A stretch of 64,000 nt of DNA from an uncultured Gemmatimonadales bacterium (GTDB lineage Bacteria; Gemmatimonadota; Gemmatimonadetes; Gemmatimonadales; GWC2-71-9), in NCBI GenBank assembly GCA_963771275.1, contig CAVYSW010000003.1:1536001-1600000 (forward strand), in the 5' to 3' direction. The notes beneath the pieces are model-generated. The model was given only the letters and a program-made list of their open reading frames with translations, had not been told where the DNA came from and ran no database searches. Positions within the stretch are counted from its first letter, which is position 1. Every line of letters starts with the position of its first letter. Of the stretch, positions 36,922 to 45,639 are shown one piece after another. Position numbers and translations under genes: made by a program.

Positions 36922-37302
36922 ATGCGGTTCATGACGCTGGTCAAAGGCTTCGAGGGGGTGGGCGCGCCGCCCCAGGCCCTGATGGACGCGGTCGCAAAGC
37001 TCGCGGAAGAAGCGGCGGAGCGCGGCACCCTGATCGAGACGGGTGGCCTCTTTCCCCTGGCGGCCGGGGCACGCGTCCGGCTCTCCGGCGGGAAGATCAC
37101 GGTGACCGACGGGCCGTTCGCCGAGGCCAAGGAGGTGGTCGGTGGCTACGCCGTGTTCGAGGTGTCCTCAAAGCAGGAGATGATCGAGGGAGCAGTGCGC
37201 TTCATGGAGCTACACCAGCGGCACTGGCCGGGCTGGGAGGGCGAGACGGAGATCCGCGAGATGACACCGATGCCGGCTCATTCGGCCGAGGTCGGACGGT
37301 AG
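36922..37302 (+). CDS. YciI/DGPF family protein
   Basis: MRFM, GARVRL.GGK..VTDGPFAEAKEVVGGYA, EIR. Confidence 0.9.
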   Translation: MRFMTLVKGFEGVGAPPQALMDAVAKLAEEAAERGTLIETGGLFPLAAGARVRLSGGKITVTDGPFAEAKEVVGGYAVFEVSSKQEMIEGAVRFMELHQRHWPGWEGETEIREMTPMPAHSAEVGR

Positions 37303-37303
37303 C

Positions 37304-38566
37304 GTGGACTCTGGGGCCCACCGCGCGATCGAGGCGGTCTGGCGGATCGAGTCCGCCAGACTGATCGCGGGGCTCGCCCGCCTAGTAGGCGACGTGGGAT
37401 TGGCCGAGGACCTGGCCCAGGACGCGCTCGTCGCGGCGCTCGAGCGGTGGCCTGAATCGGGCGTCCCCGACAATCCGGGAGGCTGGCTCATGGCGACGGC
37501 CAAGCACCGCGCGATCGACCTGATCCGGCGCGACAAGATGCTCGAGCGCAAGCACGCGCAGTTGGGGAGCGAGCTCGAGGCGCGGGAGCGCGACGTACCA
37601 GACTTCGCCGCCGCGATCGACGACGACATCGGCGACGATCTGCTGCGCCTCATCTTCACGGCGTGCCATCCGGTGCTCGCCACCGAGGCCCGCGTGGCCC
37701 TCACGCTCCGCCTGCTGGGCGGGCTCACGACGGAAGAGATCGCGCGGGCCTTCCTGGTTCCGGTGGCGACGGTCCAGCAGCGCATCGTGCGGGCCAAGCG
37801 CACGCTCCGCGAGGCGCGCGTGCCGTTCGAGGTGCCGCGCGAGGCGGAGCGCGCCGCGCGGCTGGGGTCGGTGCTGGAGGTCATCTACCTGATCTTCAAC
37901 GAGGGCTACTCGGCCACCGCTGGCGAGGACTGGGTGCGACCGGTCCTGTGCGAGGACGCGCTCCGGCTCGGTCGCATTCTGGCCGGGCTCGCGCCCGAGG
38001 AGCCGGAGGTGCACGGCCTGGTGGCGCTGATGGAGATCCAGGCGTCGCGACTGCGGGCGCGGGTCGGCCCGGCGGGGGAGCCGATCCTGCTGCTCGACCA
38101 GGATCGCGGCCGCTGGGATCGGCTGCTGATCGGCCGCGGGCTCGCGGCGCTGGAGCGGGTCGCGGCACTGGGCGGCGCGCTCGGACCCTATGCTCTGCAA
38201 GCCGAGATCGCGGCATGCCACGCCCGGGCGCTCACGCCGGAGGAAACCGACTGGACCCGCATCACCGCGCTGTACGATGCGCTCGGCCAGCTCGCGCCGT
38301 CACCGGTCGTGGAGCTGAACCGGGCGGTGGCGCACGCGATGGCGTTCGGGCCGGCGGCGGGGCTCGAGATCCTCGATCCTCTCACGGCCGAGCCGTCCCT
38401 GGAGCACTACCACCTGCTCCCGAGCGTGCGCGGCGACTTCCTCTACAAGCTCGGCCGGTTCGACGAGGCCCGTACGGCATTCGAGCGGGCGGCGGCGCTC
38501 ACGCGCAACACCCCCGAGCGCGAGCTCCTCCTGCGGCGGGCCGCCGCCTGCTCACCGCCGGCCTGA
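37304..38566 (+). CDS. ECF sigma factor with C-terminal TPR extension (ECF42-type)
   Basis: AEDLAQDA..AALE.WP..G.P.NP..WL, DD.LRLIFTACHP, EIARAFL, QRIVRAK, YLIFNEGY, PVVELNRAVA. Adjacent to DGPF genes. Confidence 0.93.
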   Translation: MDSGAHRAIEAVWRIESARLIAGLARLVGDVGLAEDLAQDALVAALERWPESGVPDNPGGWLMATAKHRAIDLIRRDKMLERKHAQLGSELEARERDVPDFAAAIDDDIGDDLLRLIFTACHPVLATEARVALTLRLLGGLTTEEIARAFLVPVATVQQRIVRAKRTLREARVPFEVPREAERAARLGSVLEVIYLIFNEGYSATAGEDWVRPVLCEDALRLGRILAGLAPEEPEVHGLVALMEIQASRLRARVGPAGEPILLLDQDRGRWDRLLIGRGLAALERVAALGGALGPYALQAEIAACHARALTPEETDWTRITALYDALGQLAPSPVVELNRAVAHAMAFGPAAGLEILDPLTAEPSLEHYHLLPSVRGDFLYKLGRFDEARTAFERAAALTRNTPERELLLRRAAACSPPA

Positions 38567-38728
38567 CGACGAGACGCGCAACACGTTCCCCCGCAGCGCA
38601 CGGGCTGAAGGCGAGCCGCCGCAGCCCCATCGCACTGGCCCGCGCGAGCGCAGGCCTGCATCATTAGCAGGAGCCGGCCGTGCCCGCCAATGGAACGCAG
38701 TGGGGGGCTCGGGCGGGGGGAGGGAGCT

Positions 38729-39103
38729 ATGCATCGCGGATCGGGGTTCCTGATCGCCGCGCTGTTGTTGACGAGTTCCGCCTGCGCGCACCGCGGCGGG
38801 GCGTCCGCCGGCGCACCGAGGCCGGCTGCCGCGGTGCGGCTCGAGGTGACCAACAACAACGGCATGGTCATGGAGATCTTCATCGTCGCGTCCGGGGCGT
38901 CTCGCCGGATGGGCATGGTGGCTCCGGGGACGGTCGGTCACTTCGTGGTCCCCCAGAGCATGCTGGGCAATGGCCCGATCGAGGTCGAGGCGATGGCACC
39001 GGCCCAGATGATCCGGTCGGGGCGGCTCCTGCTCGCGGCAGGTCAGACCATCGACTTCAAGATCGGGACTACCCAGGTCAACAGCACGGCCACGGTGTGG
39101 TAG
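38729..39103 (+). CDS. Small hypothetical lipoprotein
   Basis: LLLTSSAC lipobox-like; beta-rich body (VRLEVTNNN, RRMG.V). GGGAG RBS. Confidence 0.7.
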   Translation: MHRGSGFLIAALLLTSSACAHRGGASAGAPRPAAAVRLEVTNNNGMVMEIFIVASGASRRMGMVAPGTVGHFVVPQSMLGNGPIEVEAMAPAQMIRSGRLLLAAGQTIDFKIGTTQVNSTATVW

Positions 39104-39170
39104 CCGCCGGTTCGTTGGGCCGGTTTCGTGCCGCGGCGCGGTGCCGCGCGGGCGTGGCTGGCCCGGCGGT

Positions 39171-41807
39171 CTACATTCCGGTCCGGCCGGGCGGAGTGAA
39201 GACCAGCGTGATCGCCTCGACCTCGACGCCGTAGCTGCCCGGCGTCACCGACACGCCGGTTACGCCCCGCAGCGAAAGCTGGAGCCGCTCGACCCGGTCG
39301 AGCCGTGGCCTGTCTCCACTGGCGCCGCGCCCCGCCGCGGGTCCCAGCCAGTAGTTCCACTCGCCGGGGAAGCCTTCCGGCAGCATGACGCTCCGGGCAA
39401 TTCCGAAGGCCGTGAGGGGGAGCGAGCGCTCTCCCCAGGTGCTGTCCACGGTGAGCGCGGTGCTCCAGCTGGTGCCGTCGTCCTCCACGAGCGTGACGTG
39501 CAGCACCTGTCGAGGTCCGAGGCCCCGGAGCCGCACCCTCAGCTCGTCGGCGCCTGTGATCGCCTCCCCGCGGGCTTGGACGCGGTCCTTGATCACGAGC
39601 GAAGTCGTGTAGTCGGGCAGCGCCTCGCCGCTCGCGCTCACGGGCAATTCGAGGTGGAAGACCGACCGGCCGGTGGCGGCGGAGAAGCCCAGGCGGAAGA
39701 GCCCGCGGCGTCCCGCGTCGCCGATGCGGGTGAACGCCAGGCGCCCCGCGTCCTCGGCGGGCTCGAACAGCACGAGTGGCGTGTGGGGCCGGATCACATC
39801 CAGCGTCCAGGAGGCCCTGCCGTAGTAGTCCCAGTCGGTGGGCTGCAGGTGGAGTCCCTCGGGGAACGTGATGGCGGAGTCCCCGCGGAACAGCGTGATC
39901 ACGTACCGGTACGGCCCCTCGCGGAGCGCCGCTGCCGGAACGGACGCGGCGAACACGTAGCCGCGAGCGGGCCGCAGGGCAAAGCCGCGGTAGAACCCGC
40001 CGGCCGCGGGCCTCATGAAGAGCTTCGCCGAGTCGGGCGGTGTCGTGTCCACGATGCGGGCCTCGATCTCGGCGTCCTTTCCGCCAAGATACTGGGGCGC
40101 GGCCAGGGACTCGACGGACGGCGGCAGCGAATCGAGCGGAGGCGCATGGTACTCGCCAAAGCCCAAGCCACCCACGTATGCCGGCAGCGTGGCCACGTCC
40201 ACGGGTCCGGCGGCGCTCAGCACGTACACCCCAGGTGTGACGGTGAACCGGCCGGCTGCTGCCCGCTCCGTCCTGGGGTTGCCGGCCGTGATCGGCTGCG
40301 CGGAGAATGCGGGCCCGAGGTCCGGGAGTACCAGCGTCATGGGCCAGGCGCGGCTGATCGCGCGCGTCACGATCTTGTCAGGATTGGGGGGCTCGAAGGG
40401 ATCGCGCACGGGTACCGCGTCCGGGTAGACCTCGAGCCGCCAGACGCCGGGTCGCACCCGGTCCAGGAAGTAGATCCCCTCGCCTTCGTAGGTCACGACG
40501 GGCGACGAGCCGTAGCCGGCAATGCGTGTGAGCGTGGCCGGGTCCGGGGGCGTGGAGCGCGTGGAGCCCGCGTAGAGGAACGCGTCGCGGGCCACCAGCT
40601 CGCCCACGTCGCCGTCGTAGGAAACGTGGAAGTCGCCGAACCGCGTATTCGCAGGATAGGGTCCGTACGAGCGCATGCGGGGCAGGCGACGCATCGCCTC
40701 GGCCGCGATGACGGCGCTCATCGCCTTGCGCGGCGTGTAGACCAGGTTCAGGTAATGGGTCTGCCAGCCCAGGTTCCGCGAGGCGGTTGCCAGCATGTCG
40801 TAGGCGAACATCGCGACGAACTGCGCGCCAACCGCCCGGAACGTGCGAGCCATGGCGGGATACATGTACCCGGTGCGCAGGTCCGGCGAGTCGAACTCGT
40901 AGACGATGCGCGGCATGCGGGCCAGCTCGGGGCGCAGCATGTCGGGGAAGGCGTCGACCGTCCGGAGGTAGTTGCCTTCCAGCTCGTGACCGGCGTTGAG
41001 GCCGGTGGGATACCAGGCGAACGTGACGCCCTGGGCCCGTGAGCGCCGGATCGCTTCGCCGATCCGGAAGTCCTGGCTCACGTTGTGGAAGACGAGCTTC
41101 GTGCACCCCGTGCTGCGCACCGCGTCGGCGAGCGCGTCGATGTAGCGGATCGAGCCTTCGAGGTCTTCCGGATGATGCCACGGCTCGTTCACCAGCTCGA
41201 TGAACAGGATGGCCGGCTCGTCCTTGAGCGCCACCCCCGTATAGGGATTCACGTGATCCAGGATCTGCTTGAGGTAGTTCACCTGCGCTGCGATGGCGGC
41301 CGGATCGGTGCCCATGCGCGCCTTGCCGAAGTGGCGGCCGAAGCCCGGATCGGTCGTGTCCTCGAGCGCGTCCGGCCAGTTCGCACCGTAGAGCTGGATG
41401 GGGCTGAACAGCAGGTAGATCCCGCGCGCCCGCGCGCGGGCGATGAGATAGTCCTGCAGGTCCAGGTGATCGTTGGCGATCAGGTTGCCGGCGCTGTCGG
41501 ACGCTTCCCAGTCGCCCCAGAAGGTGAGCCGCAGGCCGTCCCAGCCCATGCGGGCGAACTGCGCCATGTCCTCATCGATCATCTGCTTGCGATCGGCATG
41601 GAGGTACCCGGCCGCGCGGTAGTCGGAGGCCGTGGGCAGCACGTAGTTCGCGCCGAACAGGGTGACCTCCTCGCGGTTGTCCCGCCACCGTACGACGCCC
41701 CGGTCGTCGAGGTAGACGGCCCGCGTGGCGGGCGCGGGCTGAGCGAGCGCCGCCGGGGACGAGGCGGCGAGCCAAGCCACGATGGCGAGACCGAGCATGG
41801 CACGCAC
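39171..41807 (-). CDS. Secreted clan GH-A (GH5-like) glycoside hydrolase with C-terminal CBM/CIA30-like domain
   Basis: Signal peptide; FGANY, HVNPYTG....EPAI..IELVNEP (acid/base), VYEFD (nucleophile-like). AAGGAG RBS before GTG 41807. Confidence 0.75.
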   Translation of the reverse strand: MRAMLGLAIVAWLAASSPAALAQPAPATRAVYLDDRGVVRWRDNREEVTLFGANYVLPTASDYRAAGYLHADRKQMIDEDMAQFARMGWDGLRLTFWGDWEASDSAGNLIANDHLDLQDYLIARARARGIYLLFSPIQLYGANWPDALEDTTDPGFGRHFGKARMGTDPAAIAAQVNYLKQILDHVNPYTGVALKDEPAILFIELVNEPWHHPEDLEGSIRYIDALADAVRSTGCTKLVFHNVSQDFRIGEAIRRSRAQGVTFAWYPTGLNAGHELEGNYLRTVDAFPDMLRPELARMPRIVYEFDSPDLRTGYMYPAMARTFRAVGAQFVAMFAYDMLATASRNLGWQTHYLNLVYTPRKAMSAVIAAEAMRRLPRMRSYGPYPANTRFGDFHVSYDGDVGELVARDAFLYAGSTRSTPPDPATLTRIAGYGSSPVVTYEGEGIYFLDRVRPGVWRLEVYPDAVPVRDPFEPPNPDKIVTRAISRAWPMTLVLPDLGPAFSAQPITAGNPRTERAAAGRFTVTPGVYVLSAAGPVDVATLPAYVGGLGFGEYHAPPLDSLPPSVESLAAPQYLGGKDAEIEARIVDTTPPDSAKLFMRPAAGGFYRGFALRPARGYVFAASVPAAALREGPYRYVITLFRGDSAITFPEGLHLQPTDWDYYGRASWTLDVIRPHTPLVLFEPAEDAGRLAFTRIGDAGRRGLFRLGFSAATGRSVFHLELPVSASGEALPDYTTSLVIKDRVQARGEAITGADELRVRLRGLGPRQVLHVTLVEDDGTSWSTALTVDSTWGERSLPLTAFGIARSVMLPEGFPGEWNYWLGPAAGRGASGDRPRLDRVERLQLSLRGVTGVSVTPGSYGVEVEAITLVFTPPGRTGM

Positions 41808-41821
41808 TTGAAGGCTCCTTC

Positions 41822-44041
41822 TCAGGCGAGGTGCATCCTGCGCAGCAATGCCACGAAGCGCGGGTGCGAGCGCAGCGGCGCAAACAGGAACGAGCCCCGG
41901 ATGCCGTACACGGCACCCGCGTGCTGCTCGAACGCTTGCTCCAGGCACTCGATGGCGCGGTCGTGTTCCCCAAGACCCGTGTACGCGTACGCCAGGTGGT
42001 TGGGCGCGACGTATCGCTTGCTCGACTGCTCCTCGAGGTCCCGGAGAACCTCCCGAGCTCGGTCGGTGTTTCCCGCCAGCGCGTATGCCTCGCCGAGCTG
42101 GGCCAGCCAGAGGGAGTCGCCCGGCGAGAGCGCCACGGCCCGCTCGAGCGCCGCCAGACCCTCGGCGATCCTGTCCAACTTGAAATAGGCCCAGCCAAGC
42201 GTGGCATGGCCCCTCGCACTGTCGCGGCCGAGCGCGATGGCCCGGCGGGCGGCCTCCAGTGCCTCGTCGTACCGCCCGGCCCGCAGGAGCGAGGTGGCGA
42301 CATCCGCCGGATGTGCCAGTGGGTCGAGCTCCTGGGCGCGCTCCTGCAGCGCGATCGCCTCGTCGTAGCGTTCCAGCGCCGAGCACAGGCGTCCGTACAG
42401 GTCATACGTGTCCGCGCTGCTCGGACTCAGCTCGAGTGCGCGCTTGAGCCCCTCCTCGGCGCCTGCCCAGTCAAGGTCGATCGCGAGCCTGCAAAACCCC
42501 GCGACGCAGTGTGCTTCTCCGAGCTCGGGGTCGAGCGCGAGCGCGCGCGCCGCAGCTTTGGCAGCCCGCGGATAGGCCTCGTCGGGGCGCAGCGCACCGA
42601 TTTCCCCGAGCTCCATGAAGGCCAAGCCCACGCTGGCGTGCGCCAAGGCATACCGCGGATCGCGCTCGATCGCTTCCTCGAAGTACCTGATCGCCTGGCG
42701 AACCGCGTCCGCGGTGTACCGGATGAAACAGTTTCGGCCTTGCAGATAGAGCTGGTACGCACGCAGGTCGCTGGTTGGCTCCCTCCCCATGCGGGCTTTC
42801 TCGTCGGGAGACAGTTCGGCCTTGAGCGCGCCGGCGATATGCAGTGCCACCTCCGTCTGGATGGCGAAGATGTCGGTCAGTTGGCGGTCATACGTCTCTG
42901 CCCAGAGGTGCTGGTCCGTCCCCGCGTCGATCAGCTGCGCCACGATCCGGACCCGGTCCCCCGCGCGGCGCACGCTGCCCTCGAGCAGCGCCGCGACCTG
43001 CAGTCGGGCGGCGATCTCCCGCAGACCCTGCTGCCGCCCCTTGAACGGCATCACCGACGTGCGGGAGATGACCTTCAACGCCCGGATCTTGGAGAGCTGG
43101 GCGATCACGTCCTCCGTGATCCCGTCGGCGAAGTACTCGTTTTCCGGGTCGGCGCTCAGGCTCACGAACGGCAACACCGCCACGGACCGTGGCCTCGGTT
43201 GCACGGTGGCTGGCGCGCTGAGTGCGTCAGCGAATGCGGTCACGGTGGCGAAGCGGTCAGCAGGCGCCCTGGCGAGGGCGCGCCGGATCGCGCCTTCCAC
43301 GAGATCCGGGACGGTATCGCGCACCGCCCGCAGCGAGGGCATCGGGTCCGCGAGCCGGCGCGCCAGTATCGCCTGCGCGGTCGGCCCCGTGTACGGAGGC
43401 GCGCCGGCCAGCATCTCGTACAGGACGCACGCCAGGCTGTACTGATCGCTCCGTCCGTCGAGCTGTGGCTCGGCCATCGCCTGCTCGGGGCTCATGTAGG
43501 CCGGTGTCCCGATGGCCAGCCCGGTTTCCGTGACCCTCGGTCCGCCGGCGGCGCTCACCGCGCGCGCGATGCCGAAGTCCGCGACGAGGGCGTGCCCGCC
43601 GGCGAGCAGGACGTTCTCGGGCTTCACGTCGCGGTGGACGACGCCGAGGCTGTGGGCGTACCCCAGGGCGTCGGCGATCTCGCGGGCGATGTGGAGGGCC
43701 TCGTCGAGCGGGAGCTGCCGGTCGCGCGCGAGGCGGTCGCGGAGCGATTCGCCCTCGACGAACGGCATCACGTAGAACAGCAACCCGCCCGCCTCGCCGC
43801 TGTCGAACAGTGGGGTGACATTGGGATGCTGGAGGCTCGCGGTGACCTTGATCTCGGCCAGGAACCGCTCGGCGCCCAGGACGGCGCCGATCTCCGGGCG
43901 CAGCACCTTGAGCGCGACGCGCCGGTCGTGCCGCACGTCGCGCGCGAGGTAGACGATGGCCATCCCCCCTTCGCCAAGCCGGCGCTCGACCACGTAGCGG
44001 TCGGCGATGGCCGCGACAAGCTGCTCGAGGGCGTCCGTCAC
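41822..44041 (-). CDS. Cytoplasmic Ser/Thr kinase with TolB-like and TPR domains
   Basis: GEGGMAIVY, HRDVKPEN, DFG, SVAVLPF..LS.D.ENEYFADGITED, LWAETYDR, TPR repeats. Confidence 0.94.
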   Translation of the reverse strand: MTDALEQLVAAIADRYVVERRLGEGGMAIVYLARDVRHDRRVALKVLRPEIGAVLGAERFLAEIKVTASLQHPNVTPLFDSGEAGGLLFYVMPFVEGESLRDRLARDRQLPLDEALHIAREIADALGYAHSLGVVHRDVKPENVLLAGGHALVADFGIARAVSAAGGPRVTETGLAIGTPAYMSPEQAMAEPQLDGRSDQYSLACVLYEMLAGAPPYTGPTAQAILARRLADPMPSLRAVRDTVPDLVEGAIRRALARAPADRFATVTAFADALSAPATVQPRPRSVAVLPFVSLSADPENEYFADGITEDVIAQLSKIRALKVISRTSVMPFKGRQQGLREIAARLQVAALLEGSVRRAGDRVRIVAQLIDAGTDQHLWAETYDRQLTDIFAIQTEVALHIAGALKAELSPDEKARMGREPTSDLRAYQLYLQGRNCFIRYTADAVRQAIRYFEEAIERDPRYALAHASVGLAFMELGEIGALRPDEAYPRAAKAAARALALDPELGEAHCVAGFCRLAIDLDWAGAEEGLKRALELSPSSADTYDLYGRLCSALERYDEAIALQERAQELDPLAHPADVATSLLRAGRYDEALEAARRAIALGRDSARGHATLGWAYFKLDRIAEGLAALERAVALSPGDSLWLAQLGEAYALAGNTDRAREVLRDLEEQSSKRYVAPNHLAYAYTGLGEHDRAIECLEQAFEQHAGAVYGIRGSFLFAPLRSHPRFVALLRRMHLA

Positions 44042-44520
44042 CCGGTGCTCAATCCTGGAGGTGAGACGGCACGAGGCCGGGGCCCGGCCGCTGGGACCTG
44101 GAGAATCGACATCGCACGCTCGCTGGTGACCGGGATTCTCCTTACGGTACTGCGCTGGTGCCGCCGTTGCTAGAGGGGACACGCCGCCCACCCGGCGTGC
44201 ATTCGGCGGTGCCCTCTGCGCCTCAGGTCGGCTCGTCGGAGGTCGGGCCGAGCCAGGCATCCGTGGGGGATCCGGCAATCCCGGACGAATCGATGGAAGA
44301 GTCCCGGCGGCCGCTTGCTCCACCCTGCCTGGACGGTCCACTCACCCCTATCTACTTTGACGGGGCGACCGGGAGTCCCAGTCGGAGCCGCCAAGGCCGC
44401 CGGTCGAGCGGGCAGCCCCTTAATTCACCGGATCGTTACAGACGGGAACCCGCTCCGGCTCTCCGGCGTTCAAGGTGTGTCCATCGAATGTACCGTGGAG
44501 GAGAAGTGACCGCCCAGGGA

Positions 44521-45639
44521 ATGTTGTCGCGGTCGTGGGCCGCGATACCGCTGTTGTCGGTGCTGGCCGCCGCCGCGTGCGGCAAGGGGGGCGCTGGGTT
44601 CGCGTTTCCCCTGACCGAGGTATCGGTGGTGACCATGGCGCCGCGAACCGTGCCGGAGACGTTCGAGTTCCCCGGCCAGGCACAGCCGTACCGCAGCGTG
44701 GAAGTGCGCTCGCGGGTGGACGGGGTCATCCTCGAGCGGCCGTTCACGGAGGGGATGATCGTCCGGCCGGGCCAGGTCCTGTACCGGCTCGACAAAGTGC
44801 GGTACCAGGCGGCATACGACGGGGCGCTGGCGCGGTTCCAGAACGCGAAGGCGACGTACGAACGGCTCGCCCCGCTGCTGGCGCAGCACGCCGTCGCGCA
44901 GCAGGACGTGGACAACGCTCAAGCGGCCTACTCGGCAGCCCAGGCGGCGCTCGAGGCGGCGCGCAAGGACCTCGAGGATACCGACGTCAAGGCGGGGATG
45001 GCGGGACGCGTCGGGCGGACCCTGCTGGAGGTCGGCGCGCGGGTCACCGGCCCGGCGGACTTGCTCACCACGATCGACCAGCTCGACCCGGTGTACGTGT
45101 CCTTCCAGCCGTCGTCGCAGCAGCTCCTCGAGTGGCGTGAGAATCCGCGCTGGCGCGCGCTGGTCGAGCCGGGAGGCGGGCTCACCGTGCGCGTGGTGCT
45201 TCCGGACGGCTCGCTCCTGCCGAGCGTGGGCCGGCTCGACTTCGTGGCGCCGGCGTTCAACGCGGCGACCGGCACGCAGGAGTTCCGGGCGGTCTTTCAG
45301 AACGCCGGCCGGCTGCTGACGCCGGGGGAGTTTGTGCGGGTGCGGCTCATGGGCTTCGAGCGGGACAGCGCCATGGCCATCCCGCAACGGGCGGTCCAGA
45401 CGGGACTCGGACGCCAGTTCGTCTACGTCGTCGCGGACGGCGACACCGTGCGGATCCGCGACGTGCAGACCGGCCCGTGGTCGGACGGAGCGTGGATCAT
45501 CGAGCAGGGACTCGCGCCGGGTGACCGCGTGGTGGTCGACGGTCTGCAAAAGGCGGTGCCCGGCCGGCCGGTGAAGCCGGTGCCGCTGGCGGACAGCTCG
45601 GCGGCCCCGCCCGCGCCGGGGGCCGGGGCGGCGCGATGA
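44521..45639 (+). CDS. RND efflux periplasmic adaptor (AcrA/MexA-like lipoprotein)
   Basis: LAAAAC lipobox, EVRSRVDG.I...F.EG, IDQLDPVYV.F, L.PGEFVRV, GL..GDRVVVDGLQK. Confidence 0.92.
   Translation: MLSRSWAAIPLLSVLAAAACGKGGAGFAFPLTEVSVVTMAPRTVPETFEFPGQAQPYRSVEVRSRVDGVILERPFTEGMIVRPGQVLYRLDKVRYQAAYDGALARFQNAKATYERLAPLLAQHAVAQQDVDNAQAAYSAAQAALEAARKDLEDTDVKAGMAGRVGRTLLEVGARVTGPADLLTTIDQLDPVYVSFQPSSQQLLEWRENPRWRALVEPGGGLTVRVVLPDGSLLPSVGRLDFVAPAFNAATGTQEFRAVFQNAGRLLTPGEFVRVRLMGFERDSAMAIPQRAVQTGLGRQFVYVVADGDTVRIRDVQTGPWSDGAWIIEQGLAPGDRVVVDGLQKAVPGRPVKPVPLADSSAAPPAPGAGAAR

Noticed and set aside
39171..42386. N-terminal extension of the GH5-like ORF to 42386
   Set aside because: It overlaps the kinase gene in another frame. 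The RBS and signal peptide place the start at 41807.
44101..44113. TGTCGATTCTC on the minus strand upstream of the kinase, matching the ECF42-type -35
   Set aside because: There is no TTCGAC element at the 13-nt spacing, so it is not called a promoter.
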